Under the pieces are notes generated by a model. It made no database searches. It saw only the letters and a program-made list of their open reading frames with translations, and was not told the origin of the DNA. From NCBI GenBank assembly GCA_023334545.1, contig JAADVB010000087.1:1-64000 (forward strand): DNA of 64,000 nucleotides, in the 5' to 3' direction. Positions 11,074 to 24,348 of the stretch are shown piece by piece. Position 1 is the stretch's first letter. Each line of letters opens with the position of its first letter. Made by a program: the position numbers and the translations under genes. This DNA is from Salisapilia sapeloensis CBS 127946. Lineage: Eukaryota > Protista > Oomycota.

Positions 11074-12756
11074 ATGGCGAGTTTCCAGTCGCCGAGTAAA
11101 GGAGAGGAAGACCTTCTCTTGCCTTTGAACACCATCAGCAAGGGAAACTACACTCACCCGGTCAATCTCGATGATCATAGTGGTACCAGCATCCGCAGCC
11201 AGAGCAGTGACGTGACGACCTATAACACGATGCTACAGCTCTCGTCTTCGCATAATCCATTGCGCTACAATATCGTGCGCAAATGTACGATTTTCCTAGC
11301 AGGTTCCTGTGTTCTGTTCCTAACGAACCAGCTCATGACATTACCTGTCGGCTTCTTTCCTTCCTACGCCCGAGATCGTCTCGGTTTCTCATCTACACAG
11401 CTAAGTCTCTTCTTTGCCTTGTATCCCGTCTGTATCATGGCTAGTAGTCCACTAGCAGCTCTTTGGACACCGGCGATTGGACGTCAAACAGTGCTGTGTC
11501 TAGGCCTCATCACAAGTGGCACTGCGACAGTCGCCTTCGCTTACAGCTCCTCGACGTTTCTTGTCTTCTGTCTTCGGATGCTTCAGGGCATTGGGGCTGG
11601 AGCAGCAGTTGTCGGGTCCGTGTCGATGCTCACAGAGGAGTTTCCGGACAGTGTAGGACATGCCATGGTACTACAAGAAGTAGTCGCAGCAGTAGCATTT
11701 ATCAGTGCTCCGCCCATGGGTAGCTTTCTCTATGACTACCAAGGCTTCCAGCTACCTTTTCTGGCATCAGGTGTGGCTCAGCTACTGACCGTTATGGTCA
11801 TGCCACTTTTATTTGTGGAATATGCTCTTCCGGACGGAATGTACGATCAAGTCCCGATCTCTCCGTCCTGTTTACCCATGCTGCTCAACTCCCGCTTGAA
11901 CGATGCGTACGGCGACCACAGCGATGTGTCTACAACTGATATGTCGTTTCGAACAGTATTGACGCCAACGTGTGTGTTTTGTCTTCTCCTCACCTCTTTT
12001 GCCATGACAGCATTTGGTTTCATCGATCCATACCTTGGTGGTCACCTCAAGTCCGTGCTTGGAGTGGAGCATGTCACAGTCGGACTAGGCTTTGCTCTCT
12101 CTGCTCTTGTCTACTCTCTCGGGACGCTGATATACGCATGGGTAGCGTATTGCGTCGGACGGAAGCAAGTGATCGTCTTTGGCGTGTGCCAACTCGCTAT
12201 TGGATTCTTCCTCCTCGGTCCTCCTCCATTCCTACGAAGCTTCTTTATACCAGGTGCTGATGACGAGACGCACAAGTTCCGGCTGCTTTGGGTCTCTCAG
12301 ATGACAGCATTGATATGCATTGGCTGTGGCGCAGCACTTAGCACTGCTCCAGCGCTTTCTGTGGCACTGCGAGACGTGAACAGCAGTCAGCCATCTGCGG
12401 CTAATAGCCCCAAGCTGACGCTTGTAGTCGGTCTCTTCTCTGCCGCCATCTACCTCGGTCAAGCTGTTGGTCCGATGCTTGCCTTGCTCTTCCAGTCGAT
12501 CCTTCCGGCGACTACATCTCCAAGCTGTGATCCACTCGGTATGGCGGTCTGTGAGAAAGATTCCTTGCCTTGGTCCTTTACAGCCTACGCCTGCCTTGCA
12601 ATGGCATTGGCTGCATTGGTTGGCTGGAAACTTCCGGTGAATGACAATGTGGTGCACGACAAGGTTGTGAAACCTCCCGTTCGGAGGCGAATGAGCTTTA
12701 ACAGACAGCCGTCGATAGAGTACGGTCAATATGTGTTTCTTGATGATAGTGATTAA
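11074..12756 (+). CDS. MFS transporter (SLC18B1/vesicular amine transporter-like)
   Basis: Single-exon 560-aa ORF with about 12 TM segments: FFPSYARDRLG, IGRQTVL, LRMLQGIGAG, APPMGSFLYDYQGFQLPF. Confidence 0.85.
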   Translation: MASFQSPSKGEEDLLLPLNTISKGNYTHPVNLDDHSGTSIRSQSSDVTTYNTMLQLSSSHNPLRYNIVRKCTIFLAGSCVLFLTNQLMTLPVGFFPSYARDRLGFSSTQLSLFFALYPVCIMASSPLAALWTPAIGRQTVLCLGLITSGTATVAFAYSSSTFLVFCLRMLQGIGAGAAVVGSVSMLTEEFPDSVGHAMVLQEVVAAVAFISAPPMGSFLYDYQGFQLPFLASGVAQLLTVMVMPLLFVEYALPDGMYDQVPISPSCLPMLLNSRLNDAYGDHSDVSTTDMSFRTVLTPTCVFCLLLTSFAMTAFGFIDPYLGGHLKSVLGVEHVTVGLGFALSALVYSLGTLIYAWVAYCVGRKQVIVFGVCQLAIGFFLLGPPPFLRSFFIPGADDETHKFRLLWVSQMTALICIGCGAALSTAPALSVALRDVNSSQPSAANSPKLTLVVGLFSAAIYLGQAVGPMLALLFQSILPATTSPSCDPLGMAVCEKDSLPWSFTAYACLAMALAALVGWKLPVNDNVVHDKVVKPPVRRRMSFNRQPSIEYGQYVFLDDSD

Positions 12757-12827
12757 AGATGAGAATACGATATGCAAATGGTCAAGTGTCGAGACGTGTT
12801 TATCGGAATCGAGGTGAGAATATGTGT

Positions 12828-13607
12828 TTATGGCTGTTCATAGTACATTTGCATTTGTAGAGGCAGTTGAGGGCCACTAGCTGACGAAATCGGCTGAATG
12901 GTTTTTCTTGCTGACTGCTTCTCCTCTTGAAGAGAGTTGGCGAGTACCCATGAGTTCGCGACGCTCTCTGAATTCACAACGGTACCGTTTGGATCCTGTC
13001 CGCCTTCTGTGGTATGTGAGAATAGCCTAAATGAATGTGGTGCATTGGTCTGCTCTGCTCTTGGCGGATAGGCAATGAGCTTTACGAGCATAGACCGAAA
13101 GGCTTCTTCGATGGCGAGAACTGGAAGTTCAAAAGGCTCGTCATTTTGTCCATTTTGCTGAGCAAGTAAAACGACTGTCCATTTCAATTGGATAACGAGC
13201 GAGGTCATGTCTTCGCCCTTGTCAGAGAATAGCACGATGCGGATTTTGTCGAGCGCATTCTCTTGAATCCATGCTTTGCACCCTTGGAGCATATCGTGAA
13301 TGTACGAACAGAGCTGTGGATGCCGGCTCATGTGAACAGGGACATCATAGATGGTGCGAGACTCAAATGACTCTAAGTGATGCAATGATACATGAACAAA
13401 CAACTGCGTAGCTGAATTAAAGGTGGAGCATACCTCTTGGGTAGACATTGGAACAGTATCTAGTGTCAATATACGATTTTACTACATTTAGATTGTGGAT
13501 TGTAAATGGAAAGATGCTGAGTTCACATACAGATACTCGTGGACAATTGCCTCCAAAAACTCAAGCATAAGACCACTAGCCACAGCTACATGCGTATTCT
13601 CATCCAT
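12828..13607 (-). CDS. MAD2L2: HORMA-domain protein, REV7/MAD2L2 (3 exons)
   Basis: Spliced MDENTHVAVASGLMLEFLEAIVHEYL / YCSNVYPR / ESFESRTIYDVPVHMSRHPQLCSYI, and a C-terminus LQMQMYYEQ typical of REV7. Confidence 0.8.
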
Positions 13608-13715
13608 CTTCGTTTAGTGTCGGTATTTATGTCCATGTTAGTGACGAGGCGTCAGTAAACGGAGGGTGGCATGACATAGACTTTGGACAAGGAATCAGGA
13701 CATGGAGTGGCGGGA

Positions 13716-15788
13716 ATGCCCAAGCAGAGGGTAGTGGACAAAGGAGCCGTGCAGGCAGCGTTTGTCGAAGCTATAAAGGCTGATTTTAATGACTTGATAG
13801 ATCTTTTTACGCAGAAGGTACGTCATGTTCACTTCTCATTCTACTTTTTAGAGAAAGCAACTCATTAAACTAATGACCAAGAGTACGAATACTAATACGC
13901 CATCAATGGATAGGATGCGATCAATTTTTCTACTTGGAAAACGCTTTGGACTAGTAAACGGATGTCAACTGTCTTTCACGCTGATTTTCGAGGTAGTAAT
14001 CCAACCAAAGTCCACGAAACAATTCTTCAGATAGCATTGGACATCCTATTAAATTGGCTGAAGGAGTACAATTTGGAGGCAAATGTCGTCGTGGACACTT
14101 CTAGTCTCATTGCACGCGTGTTTGTCTTATATACGGCATATATGACCCAGTTGTCTACGCCTCGGATTAAATTTCAAATTGATCTTCAGTCATGGGGATG
14201 CTTAATGCAAATATACAGCATCTTGCGTACGAACAGTCTGCATACAGGGGCAATAAAGGAAGTCATTGCAATGCTACGTAAGCTTGATGTCGAAGAAAAT
14301 GCGTTCGTGAAGTGCCTTTATCCTCTATCTGCTCCATCCGACGTGTCCAAACAAGCGAGTTTAAACGACTATTTGAATCGTATCCATCATCCAATCTCAG
14401 ACGTGAACGACAGTTATGACGGCTCTACGACCGATGGAACAGACCTGTCTGTCTTTCGTACATTGGGAGAGTCGTACAAAACTTATACAGACGCTTTCAA
14501 GAAGGAATTGACGCAATCCGATACACGCCACCGAAATACCGCACGTATGAGCAGAGCGAAGCCGTTGATCCGTACAGGTCAGTTAAAGAAACTGACGGAT
14601 GCAGTGGCGAGCCAGCATGAGAGCATGAAGTTATTTCATGATCAGCTTGATGCGATCATAAATGCTCCAGAGGAATCATTTGAACCGCCATCGAAGCCTC
14701 AGGTGAAAGAGGAGGTGGAGGAAGAAGACGATGGTGGTGGCTTGTCGGAGCTGGAGGATGCTTTGATGGAGGACATGGACACCCGTGACGATGGCGTAGA
14801 AAAAGATAAAACGGAAGAACTTGCAGAAAGTTGGCCAAGTGAATCGAACGATGAAGACAATATTCTGTTTGCGTTGGAGAATGAGCTGTTAGAAGGTTTG
14901 CACCATTCAGAGACGGCTGTGTCCAAGTCTTCGAATAATGAGGTTGCGAAACCAGGGAACAATGCTGACATGAAGGTTGGGGCACGACAAGAAGCGATGT
15001 CAAGGAAGAGCTCAGGCGACAAACAGAAACAAAAGAGCAAAGAAAACCCACGGAAGAACTCTAGAAGCCGAGTATCACCCACTCGAACTGAACCAACGAA
15101 TGTATCCGCTGATCATGTTACTCCAGCTCTGTCTGACGACGGATTGGACGAACTTGAACGAGAGTTGAGTGAATCTCCTACGAAGAAATCCGAAAAGTCG
15201 AATGAAAAGACAAGAAATACAAAAAGAAAAGAAATGGAGAAGACTTCTGCTCAAACGGCAGAAGATGACGAGGTGGCTTCTTTGGTGAAAGAACTAGGTA
15301 GACCACCACCAGGAGCTGCACCGAAGCGACAAAAGACGACAAAAGCAGCAGCCACTTTCACTGCAGATGATGCGTTATCAGAACTGGAGAAGGAACTGGA
15401 AGTAGGTGAGAAGACAACGACCATCTCAACAACGAAAAAGCTCAAGGCTACTGCTCCAAAGCAGACAAAAAGTGGTGGAAGCAGACGAGGTCGACAAAGT
15501 GAACAGAAGAAGCCAGCTAAGCCACCGACCTGGAAGCAAAAGCCGAAGCCTGTACCTCCGAAAGTACCGTTGGAGATGAAGATAAAAAGTCATAGCATAG
15601 TAGAGGAAAGCGATGAGGATGCAGATCCACTGTCTGAACTGGAAAAGGAGATAAATCGGTCCATCGAGCCAATTGACCAAGGAGATCAAGTTACCAGAAA
15701 CATGGATTCTGGCGAGGAGACTGTCACAAACGATGGACTGGATGAGCTTGAGGCAGAACTTATGTCCGCCGATACAAACTTGTCCTAG
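13716..15788 (+). CDS. SNAPC1: SNAPc subunit 1 (SNAP43)-like protein with a long low-complexity tail (2 exons)
   Basis: Exon 1 ...AIKADFNDLIDLFTQK splices to DAINFSTWKTLWTSKRMSTVF...RVFVLYTAYMTQLSTPRIKFQIDLQSW, which resembles the SNAP43 N-terminal domain. The rest is an acidic/basic disordered tail. Confidence 0.62.
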
Positions 15789-15942
15789 ACAAAAGCTTCG
15801 AGTAGAGTAGACTGGCCGTGTCCTCTTCCTATGATTGAATAAACAACCGTACAGGATACTCTTTTAGTATTAAAAATTGTATACGATCTTCTATTTTGGA
15901 CTATATTAAGCCTCGGACATTTGAAAACTTTAGTCGAAAAAG

Positions 15943-17744
15943 ATGAGTGACATGGCGAATGTCGATCCGATGCAAGCAGTACTGTGACTATAATTGCTTC
16001 TAGCGCATCCTATGGTGTTTTTACTAATGCTTTTATATGTATTTAGGCACTGCTGAAGCAGATAAGCATTGTCAAGTCTCTCGGAGAAGAGCACGGCGAC
16101 TGTACGCATTGACTAGGAGCTTCCCTTGGCATCTTCCGTACTAATACCATCTATTTCGAATCATACAGTCAGCTCTGAGCTTTCCCAAGACCTGTCTAAA
16201 CTAGGTCTATTGTATATTATGAGTGGAGAGTACGACCAGGCTCTCCCAGTACTTCACAAGCGCCTTGTCATCCATGAAAAGTATGGACCAGGTACATCAT
16301 CTCTTTCTTCGCACTAGGTCAAGAGAAATTTCATAATCGAGTAATATCGCATAGAAATCTCGATTGGAGAGACATTGCAGACACTAGGGACTGCATACCG
16401 ACTACATGGTCAGCCAGAGATCGCGCATAGTCACTTGACTCGGGCGCTCGAGATTTGGAAAAAGTGTCATGGCGAAAACAGCTTAAAAGTAGCAGAAACA
16501 CTCAACAGCTTGTCTCTCTTAGATCTCAGGTACGCCTGCCTTGTACATCCACCTAGTCAATTCTTGGGCCTGACTATTCGTATAGCAGCACAACAGACGA
16601 CGCAACACACGAAGATTATCAAGTCCAAAGCCTCCAATTGCTGTACGACATCTCGGAACCTGAAGACATGGACAGTGAAGACGTGCCATGGGAAGTGTTT
16701 AAGCGACTGAAGAAGCAGCAAGGACCAACGACAGCAGCGAATAGCTTAACTTTATTAAAAGCAAATCTGCGTAAATGTACCATGCAGGCAGTGAGTATGG
16801 CTCCAGTGGAAAGGCAGCTATCAGCCTCTCGACCATTAGTCGTCGAGAGGTCAGTTTCTCAGATGGGCCCTCCAACTACAATCAACACTGATATTGTGTC
16901 ACCGACACTACCGAACATGGGCATGCCGTCCAACTCCCAGCATTCTCTCACGGATGCCATTGCACTAGATACGAACGAAAGCATTGATAGGGAACTTGGG
17001 CCTGACCTCTCACAACTGCCAGACCTGTCTGCACTAGATCAGGCGTTGGAGCCGCATCCATTGGATCCGAATCCACTAGATACGACCCTCCCTCCTATCA
17101 GTGACGCTTTTGCCACTGCTACAGCGACAAGATCGGAAGACGTGGCATCGGAGATGGATGATCTTCAGAAACGAGTGGAAAAGATCAAAAGGCATGTACT
17201 CTCTGGCGCACCAACGGCAGACGATGAGATTGATGAGCTTCAGGCGCATATTGATAGCCTCGCAGGTATCGAGTTGAAAGCTGCAGGCCGTGCGATGATG
17301 TCGCTACTGAGGGAACTCGTTCGAATGGTCTCTGGACCGGATAAGCCTACTGCGAACGGTAGTTTGCCGACGCTGGAAGGAATTTTAGAAAAGAAGAGTG
17401 CGTCGATCTTTCGAGGGTGGGAGAAGCGGTGGTTCACGGTGGATCCGAGGACGTTCGTGCTGTCCTACTACTTCAGTCGAGACGACCAGATGCGAGGGTT
17501 TGCACCTCGAGGTGGCTTTTCACTGGCACGGGTGACGGATATTCAAGTAAAGGATAAAGTGCCTGGCACGAGTTTCCAATTTGATTTGTTGGTGGATTTG
17601 AGCACTCGACAAAATCCCAATTGGTCTCGTAAGTACGAACTACGATGCGAAACGGAGGATGAGTTGAGGTACTGGATGACGACGCTACATCGGTACAAGG
17701 CGAGTATGGGACAAGGCACGGCACCTCGACCTACCACGGCATAA
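15943..17744 (+). CDS. TPR-repeat + PH-domain protein (multi-exon)
   Basis: Spliced N-terminus has kinesin-light-chain-type TPRs (LSKLGLLYIMSGEYDQALPVLHKRLVIHEK; LQTLGTAYRLHGQPEIAHSHLTRALEIWKK). C-terminal PH domain LEGILEKKS...WEKRWF...ELRYWMTTL. The exact start is uncertain. Confidence 0.75.
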
Positions 17745-17948
17745 TTGGTTTTGTGGATGGATGCCGGTAGAAAGTAGTGAATTGCCATTGTAGGCTCTTG
17801 CTAGGAAAATTCTAGGACGTGGTAATGATACATGCTATCTTTGGTGTTGACGCTCCTTTCATGTCTGGGATGTGCAGAGTAGTTACCTCTTCCTGAGTAG
17901 TCGCCTGGGTGCTCTCGGCATCCGTTATACTGACTTTTGAGCGGCAGG

Positions 17949-20900
17949 ATGGATGCTGGACAAGGAGACAGTATTGTACTCGAGGAAGAGATCGATCCGA
18001 ACTATGAGCCTTCCGAGAAAGAAGTGATAGAATATGCAACGTGGCTTGGAATGGACTTGGAAGCGGAGAAGGACCTTTTCTGGATCGCAAGGGAAGGTTT
18101 AAAGGTAAAAAGCGATGTGTCATAAGGAGCGAGCTAGTGACATATATGATGGCCTTAGGCACCACTTCCAGAAGATTGGAAACCTTGTAAGACGACGGAT
18201 ACGGGCGAAATCTACTACTTTAACTTTACATCAGGGGAAAGCACGTGGGATCATCCTTGTGACGAGGTATTGTCCTATGCATTTGCTCACTTGATACGTT
18301 GGTTCTCAAGAGATGCATGCAAAGTTTTATCGGAATTTGTACGCCGAGCATAAGAAAAAACGAGTGCAGTCGACTATGTCTCCAGTATTGTCTCCTAGCA
18401 TCAACTGTATGACGGTTCTCTTAACTGCATGAGTAGGATACTGACGACAGGAAACAAAAGGAGAAGGAGGATGTGGCAGAACTTTTGGGCAAGAAAAAAT
18501 CTGGGAGCAAGAAGAAGAAACGGCAGGTACTCGCACCGGCCACTCAGCTCGCTCCTCCGACACTTGGAACATTGGAAAAGAAGCCGTTGCCTGGGTTATC
18601 CAACGTTAGGTCGTTAAATTCGAGCTTGTCTGGACTAGCGGATACGAAATTGAGTCATTCGCTTGGCAAGATTGGAAATAACGATGAAGTAAAGGGGATA
18701 GAGAGAAAGGAATCGTTACCAGAACCGCTTGCACTTAATGCACTGGCAAAGCCGGTGTTGGGAAATGTTCGACAGACTCCCTCAGTAGGAGCTCTTCCAT
18801 CTTCGACGCCAAGGACAAGCTTGGGTGACCAAACGACCATACAAAGTAGTTTTAACGACCAAAAGCAAGGACTGGAGGAAGATTTAACACGCCAGAAAGC
18901 AGAGTTGGAAGAGAAGCATCAAGAAGAGGTTGCCAAGATGCAAAAGAAATTTGAAGACGAACTGTTAGACTTGGAGCAAGAAGCAGACAATAAGCGAAAG
19001 TCAAAGAAGCGAGAGCTTGATAGAAAGTTAAACGACATTGAGGATGAATTTGATAAGAAGGAAAACAACTTGCGGCGGGAGTGGAAGGACAAGTTAAAGA
19101 AATTGGAGGTGGAAATGAAATCTCAAATGGAGGAACGATCGCGTACTTTGGGTAAAGAGATGGCTCACGAAGTGGAGTTAGAGCAAAAGAGTCATGACAA
19201 AAAGCTCCAAGACATGCGAAATAAGTACGAAAAGGAAGAGAAGGAGCTCAAAGCATCGCTAGTCCAGAAGGTTGGTGAGATGAAATCAATGAATGAATTG
19301 GGGGACCAAGTTTCTCGCTTGAAGAATATTATTGAAAGTACGAAAGATGAACTGGAGCGGACGCAGCGAGTGAAAAGTAACGAAATGCAACTACTCCAGG
19401 AGAAATACGATGCTACTGTGGTGCAAGCAAAGGAGTTACAAAAACAATTGGATGGTATCAATATCAAGTCAGATGTGGACTCTGTACCAGTGACTTGCGG
19501 TAAGTGCGGCGAGCTACAAGAAGCTATGAATAAACTAAAGACGGAGTGGGAAGAAAAAGAATTAGCATTGAATGGTGAAGTGATAAAGCACAAGGAAAAA
19601 ATTGAAGAGGTGCGGCAGAATGCAGAACAGCAGATTGAAGAGATACGGCAAAATGCAGAAAAGCAGATTGAAGAAATGCAAGGATTAGAAACAAACCTTG
19701 TTGATACGAAAGCGAGAGAAGATGCTTTAACAGAGAAGCTTTTAGAAAGTGAAAAGCAAGTTGCTGAGTGCAAAACAGAGATAGAGGCATTACGCTTCCA
19801 ACTGAGTGAAGCAACGAACGCTGCAAGTGTAAATGCTGAAGCACTTAGTGATGCAGGCCAAAGCGACATAAATGATATGCAGGTTCAGATTCAGACCCAG
19901 CAAGCAACTATAAGGTCTCTAGAGGAACAAATTGTGTCTTTCAAGGAGGAACTGAGCACTCGAGAAGTTTCCATCGAGCAAAATAATTTGTCGAAGGCAT
20001 CCCCAAGCGATCGTTCACTTGAAGAAGAAGCAATCCGCGCAGTAACCGTCGAGCGAGATGGTTTGCTTTCGCAGGTTGAGGATCTACGGGAAGAAAATTC
20101 TGTACTTGAGACAACGAATGAACAGATAAAGCAGCAGCTACTGAAGGAATCACGAGAGTGCGGTCGACTGCGCGATCTTTGTGATTCGAAGGAGGGAGAA
20201 ATGAGCAAAATAAATGCGCAAATGCAGGAGTTTCAGCAGAAGATTGCTCGGTTGGAGACCGAGGCAGCACGTAATAACAAACAAGAGGTAGAACAACAAG
20301 TTGAGAATGAAAATGAGAGTATAAAACGTCTCGAACAGGAGTGTGAAAAGCTAAAAAAGCAAATCACGGATCAACAGGTAGATTTAGAGAAAGCAAAGAT
20401 CGAATTAGATACAGCAGAGCTACAAATGCAGGAGATGAAAGCGAAAATAGAGAAAGATGGAAGCAATACAACGCAGATGAAGATGGAGAAAGACGAATTG
20501 CAGATTAAAATAGACACTTTATCTACAGAGAATGATTCACTCACAAACTCAATGAGGGAGTTGGAAGATGTTATGCTAAAATTGAAAGAAAGCCACAGCC
20601 AAGTTACCACGCAAAATTCGATATTAGAGTCTAAATGTCAGGAACACGAGGAAGAAGTACAAAAGCAATTAGCCGAAGTCAGTCGATTAGTTCAAGAACT
20701 GGAGATACAGAAGAAGAATGGGAATGAAAAAGCGTTGGTAGTATCCAATTTACGAACAGATGTGGAAATGTTGGAAAAGCAACTTGATGAGTCGCAACGA
20801 ATGCTTCGTGAAGTACGCTCCCAGACATCTAAAGCGATGAAAGATGGTGAGTCTGTGCTTCGGTACGAAATGACGTCGTTGGAAACCAGATTGGAAGAGG

Positions 20901-23374
20901 CGCAAGACCAAATAAGCAGCTTGGCAAAAGAAAAAGCACGATTGGAACAACGGTGTTCCCTTCTGTCGGAAGAGCGGGATGGTGGCAGTAACCAGATCTT
21001 GCAGTTGGAGGTCGAGGTCGATCGGCTTAAGAAAATGGAGAAAGAATACGAGCACGCGTCTATTCGACTTAAGCAGGCCCAAGTTGATAAAGACGAACTT
21101 ATTATGCAACTAGATGCAGAGAAAGCTTCTGTAGTACGACTAGAAAACGAAAAAAGGAACATGGAGAAGACTGCGGTTACATTAAATGCAAAGCTAAAAG
21201 AGTTGCAGGCACAGAAAGATGATGCCGAGAGTAGTCAGAAGGACAAGGAGGAACAAGTTAGAAAGTTGACGAGTGAACTCAAGAGGCTGCAGGGTGGTAC
21301 CTCGATGGTAGAATGGCAAGTTAAAATGCATGAAGAAGCAGAGCAAGAGTTGGAAAGTAAGGTGGCTGCATTGGAGCAAGCCAATTGGGATAAAAGTACT
21401 AGCATCAAAGCGTTGAAGCGTGAACTGGAAGAGTATAGAAACAAAGCAGAGCTAATAGAGTCGGATAAGGGGGATGTGGAGACAAAGGTGCAAATGCTCG
21501 AGAGTCATATCAAGTCCTTGAATTGGGAGATACAAGAACTTACACGCAAGAAAAGCGAAGTAGATGAGCAATTTTCAATACTGGAAGAAGAGAAGGAGCA
21601 GGTGAACAAAAAACTGGAGGATTTGGGTAAGAAACGAAGTGAAGACACTTCCAAGATTCAGCACAGCACAACAGAAGTTGAAAGACTGTCCGACTTGTTA
21701 CGACGAGAGAAAACAAAAACGAAGGAACTTGAATTGAATTTAAATGTGCTCGAAAAGAAACTGGTAGATGTCCGGAAACAAACGGCCATCGACGCTGTCA
21801 TGCTTGAGTCGCAGAAACAATCGATTGGACACCATGGAGCATCAAATCAATCCGAGACATGGTCTTCCAATGCGTTTGGAAAGCGTGAGCTAGAGGAACA
21901 ATTCGAGAGCACGTCTTCACAGCTGGATGTATCGCTTCGGCGCATCGCGGCAATGGAGATGAAGTGCCGGGAACAAGCATTGGAAATCGATTCGCTTACA
22001 GCTGAATTAGCTTCTGTTCGACACGCTTGTGATAAGCTACACACCAGTGCGTTGGAAGCTCTACCTTTTATGGAAAGAGCAGAGTATGAACGTGAGAAGC
22101 AGGTGATACGAAGGGATCATGCCAAACAGCTTCGGTTCTTCCGAGATCGAGAAGAAAAAGCGTTTGAGAGGAACAAGAGCAGACTGCATGAGAATTTAGC
22201 ATCCAGCCTGGAGGATTTAACCTTAGATTTAGAGAAACGAAGGCGATCAAAAGAAATGGAGGAGGAGCGCCAGTTGTCTGAAAAGGTAGAAGACTTACGT
22301 AAAGAGTATATAAATCGGCTTCGAGACGAAGAAATGAAGTTATCGAGTGACTTTTTCACCAAGCAAAAGCAAATGCGTGACCGAAATAATGACGAACTCA
22401 AGGAAATGGAGAACAATATGGCAAGAAAGAGTTTAGAAGGCAAGAAAGAGAATGAAAGCAGACAAGCACATGCAAATGATACCCGTTTAAGTGATATGGA
22501 TGATCAAATGTCATTATCGGACGGAAGTGAAAGTTTAAAGAGCGAGGGCCTTTCGACACCGAAAGCCATAGCAAAGGGCCAGAAAAAACTTTTGAAACTA
22601 TTAGACACGATGATTGTCCAGTGCCGACGGGAATTAAATGCAGAACGAAAAGAACTGAAAAAGCGCAAGTGCGAATGGGATCGAAATTGCCAGCGGACTG
22701 GACGGTCAAGGATGGGTGCTGCGTTGTTAAAGGAGATGAAGGAGCAAATAGATCACGATACAAAGATTTGGCGTAGGAAAGTGAAGGATATTAAAGATCG
22801 AGAAGCTTGGTTAAAACGCACAAGTAATTCACCTGTAGAAGAAGGCTATTTTACAGACAATCAATCGTGCTCGGATGAAGATGACTGGATGGATAATAAG
22901 CGAGTAAACCACGAAAGGGACTCCTTTGGTTATCACGCTAGCCAACATAATCTGCCAGCGTATAACGTTCCAGATATCCATTCAACGCTCCGTAGCTACG
23001 TGGTCGATCCATTCCCTCGACCTATCCAATATGTAGTACCTTCCAACCAACTGAGCCCAGTGCAATACCAGTCTTCGTCTCCGGCTATGTACTCGAGTCC
23101 GATGCCCGTGTTTAGTTCTCGGAGTACAAGCCAACCAATATTTTCAGGTGTGAACATTCAAAGCACTATGAGGAAACGAGAGACACCGTTCCGTTCCCAG
23201 ATTACCAAATGGGCAGATGACAGGAAGCGAGTACATGGCGCAGCATCTCAGCAGCTAGCTTGGCTCTCAAGGTTCCGAGACCAAGTTACCGAATACGAAT
23301 CAAAATACAAGGGTGATCAGCAACATGAAGAGATCGAGTCGGAACTTATAAATAGCGCAGACAAAGAAATATAA
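17949..23374 (+). CDS. CEP164: CEP164-like centriolar distal-appendage protein (WW domain + long coiled coil)
   Basis: Exons 1-2 give [27 protein letters not shown]...WIAREGLK / [36 protein letters not shown], the CEP164 N-terminal signature. It splices into the 1633-aa coiled-coil ORF. Confidence 0.88.
19601..19675 (+). repeat. 33-bp tandem repeat (about 2.3 copies) within the CEP164 coiled coil
   Basis: attgaagaggtgcggcagaatgcagaacagcag / attgaagagatacggcaaaatgcagaaaagcag / attgaagaa, encoding [11 protein letters not shown] and [11 protein letters not shown]. Confidence 0.85.
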
Positions 23375-23592
23375 AATGTAAGTACTTGGCGTGTCGCTGT
23401 AGCCAGGAAAGAGAGCAGTATTTTGTATCGGAGTTCGTCCTATATGCATCGGAACAGACGAATCAGAGCTCGCCGTCGGAAATGAGGGTGGCAGAGCATC
23501 GAAAAACGCTAGGAAATCTACTTTCGAAGGTCAAAGTGCTCGATCATTTCCCTCCTATTCGTTAGCAAAAATCTTAATTCCCGTACGAAGTC

Positions 23593-24159
23593 ATGGGGAA
23601 TTCCATCCCGAGCTATCTCTCGTATCCAATAGCATCACTATCGGCGTGCTGGAGTAATCACAAGTATCAAGTACTCATTTTCGGGCTCGATAGTGTTGGA
23701 AAGACCTCTCTTCTGTACCAGCTAAAGCTTGGCCAGGTTATTACGACGTTTCCGACAATCGGCTTTAACGTAGAAAATATTAGGTACAAAGGCGTGACCA
23801 TCCAGGCATGGGATGTCGGCGTGCCGTGCCAAATTCGTCCAATGTGGCGACATTACGTGACGGAGCCAGGTGTCGTCGTCTTCATCGTCGATTCTACCGA
23901 TCGTGAGCGACTGTCCGAAGCTGCGGCAGAATTGCACGATCTCTTTTCGTACGTCGAGTTGGAACCATTTAAGCTACTAGTTCTCGCTAATAAGCAAGAT
24001 CAAGATGGATGCATCACCGTGTTGGAGATTGCCAAAGGTCTGCGTCTGGAAAACCTGGTGCATGGCAACGAGTACAAGGTACTAGGCACGTCGATCCTTA
24101 CTGGTGATGGGATTACCGAAAGCCTCGAGTGGATTGCTTCGGTCATCCAACGACAATAG
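23593..24159 (+). CDS. Atypical ARF/ARL-family small GTPase, copy 1
   Basis: MGN N-terminus, P-loop GLDSVGKT, PTIGFNVE, NKQD. G3 reads WDVGVPCQIRP instead of WDVGGQDKIRP. Confidence 0.88.
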   Translation: MGNSIPSYLSYPIASLSACWSNHKYQVLIFGLDSVGKTSLLYQLKLGQVITTFPTIGFNVENIRYKGVTIQAWDVGVPCQIRPMWRHYVTEPGVVVFIVDSTDRERLSEAAAELHDLFSYVELEPFKLLVLANKQDQDGCITVLEIAKGLRLENLVHGNEYKVLGTSILTGDGITESLEWIASVIQRQ

Positions 24160-24256
24160 GCAGGATGCCAATGATCGAATATATATCATCAATACAACGT
24201 AAATTTAAAAAAATCTTTTCCTTGCTTGCAACGCAAACCAACTAAGAGTCCGAAAA

Positions 24257-24348
24257 CAGACTACCAAGTACGAGTCGCAATACAAGGCGATCAGCAGCAT
24301 CAAGCGGTTGAGTTAGAATTTATAAATAGAGCAGATAAGGAAATGTAA
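24257..24348 (+). pseudogene. Frameshifted relic of the CEP164 C-terminus
   Basis: Aligns with 23282-23374. After a 1-nt deletion it reads DQQHQAVELEFINRADKEM* versus [19 protein letters not shown]. Confidence 0.8.
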
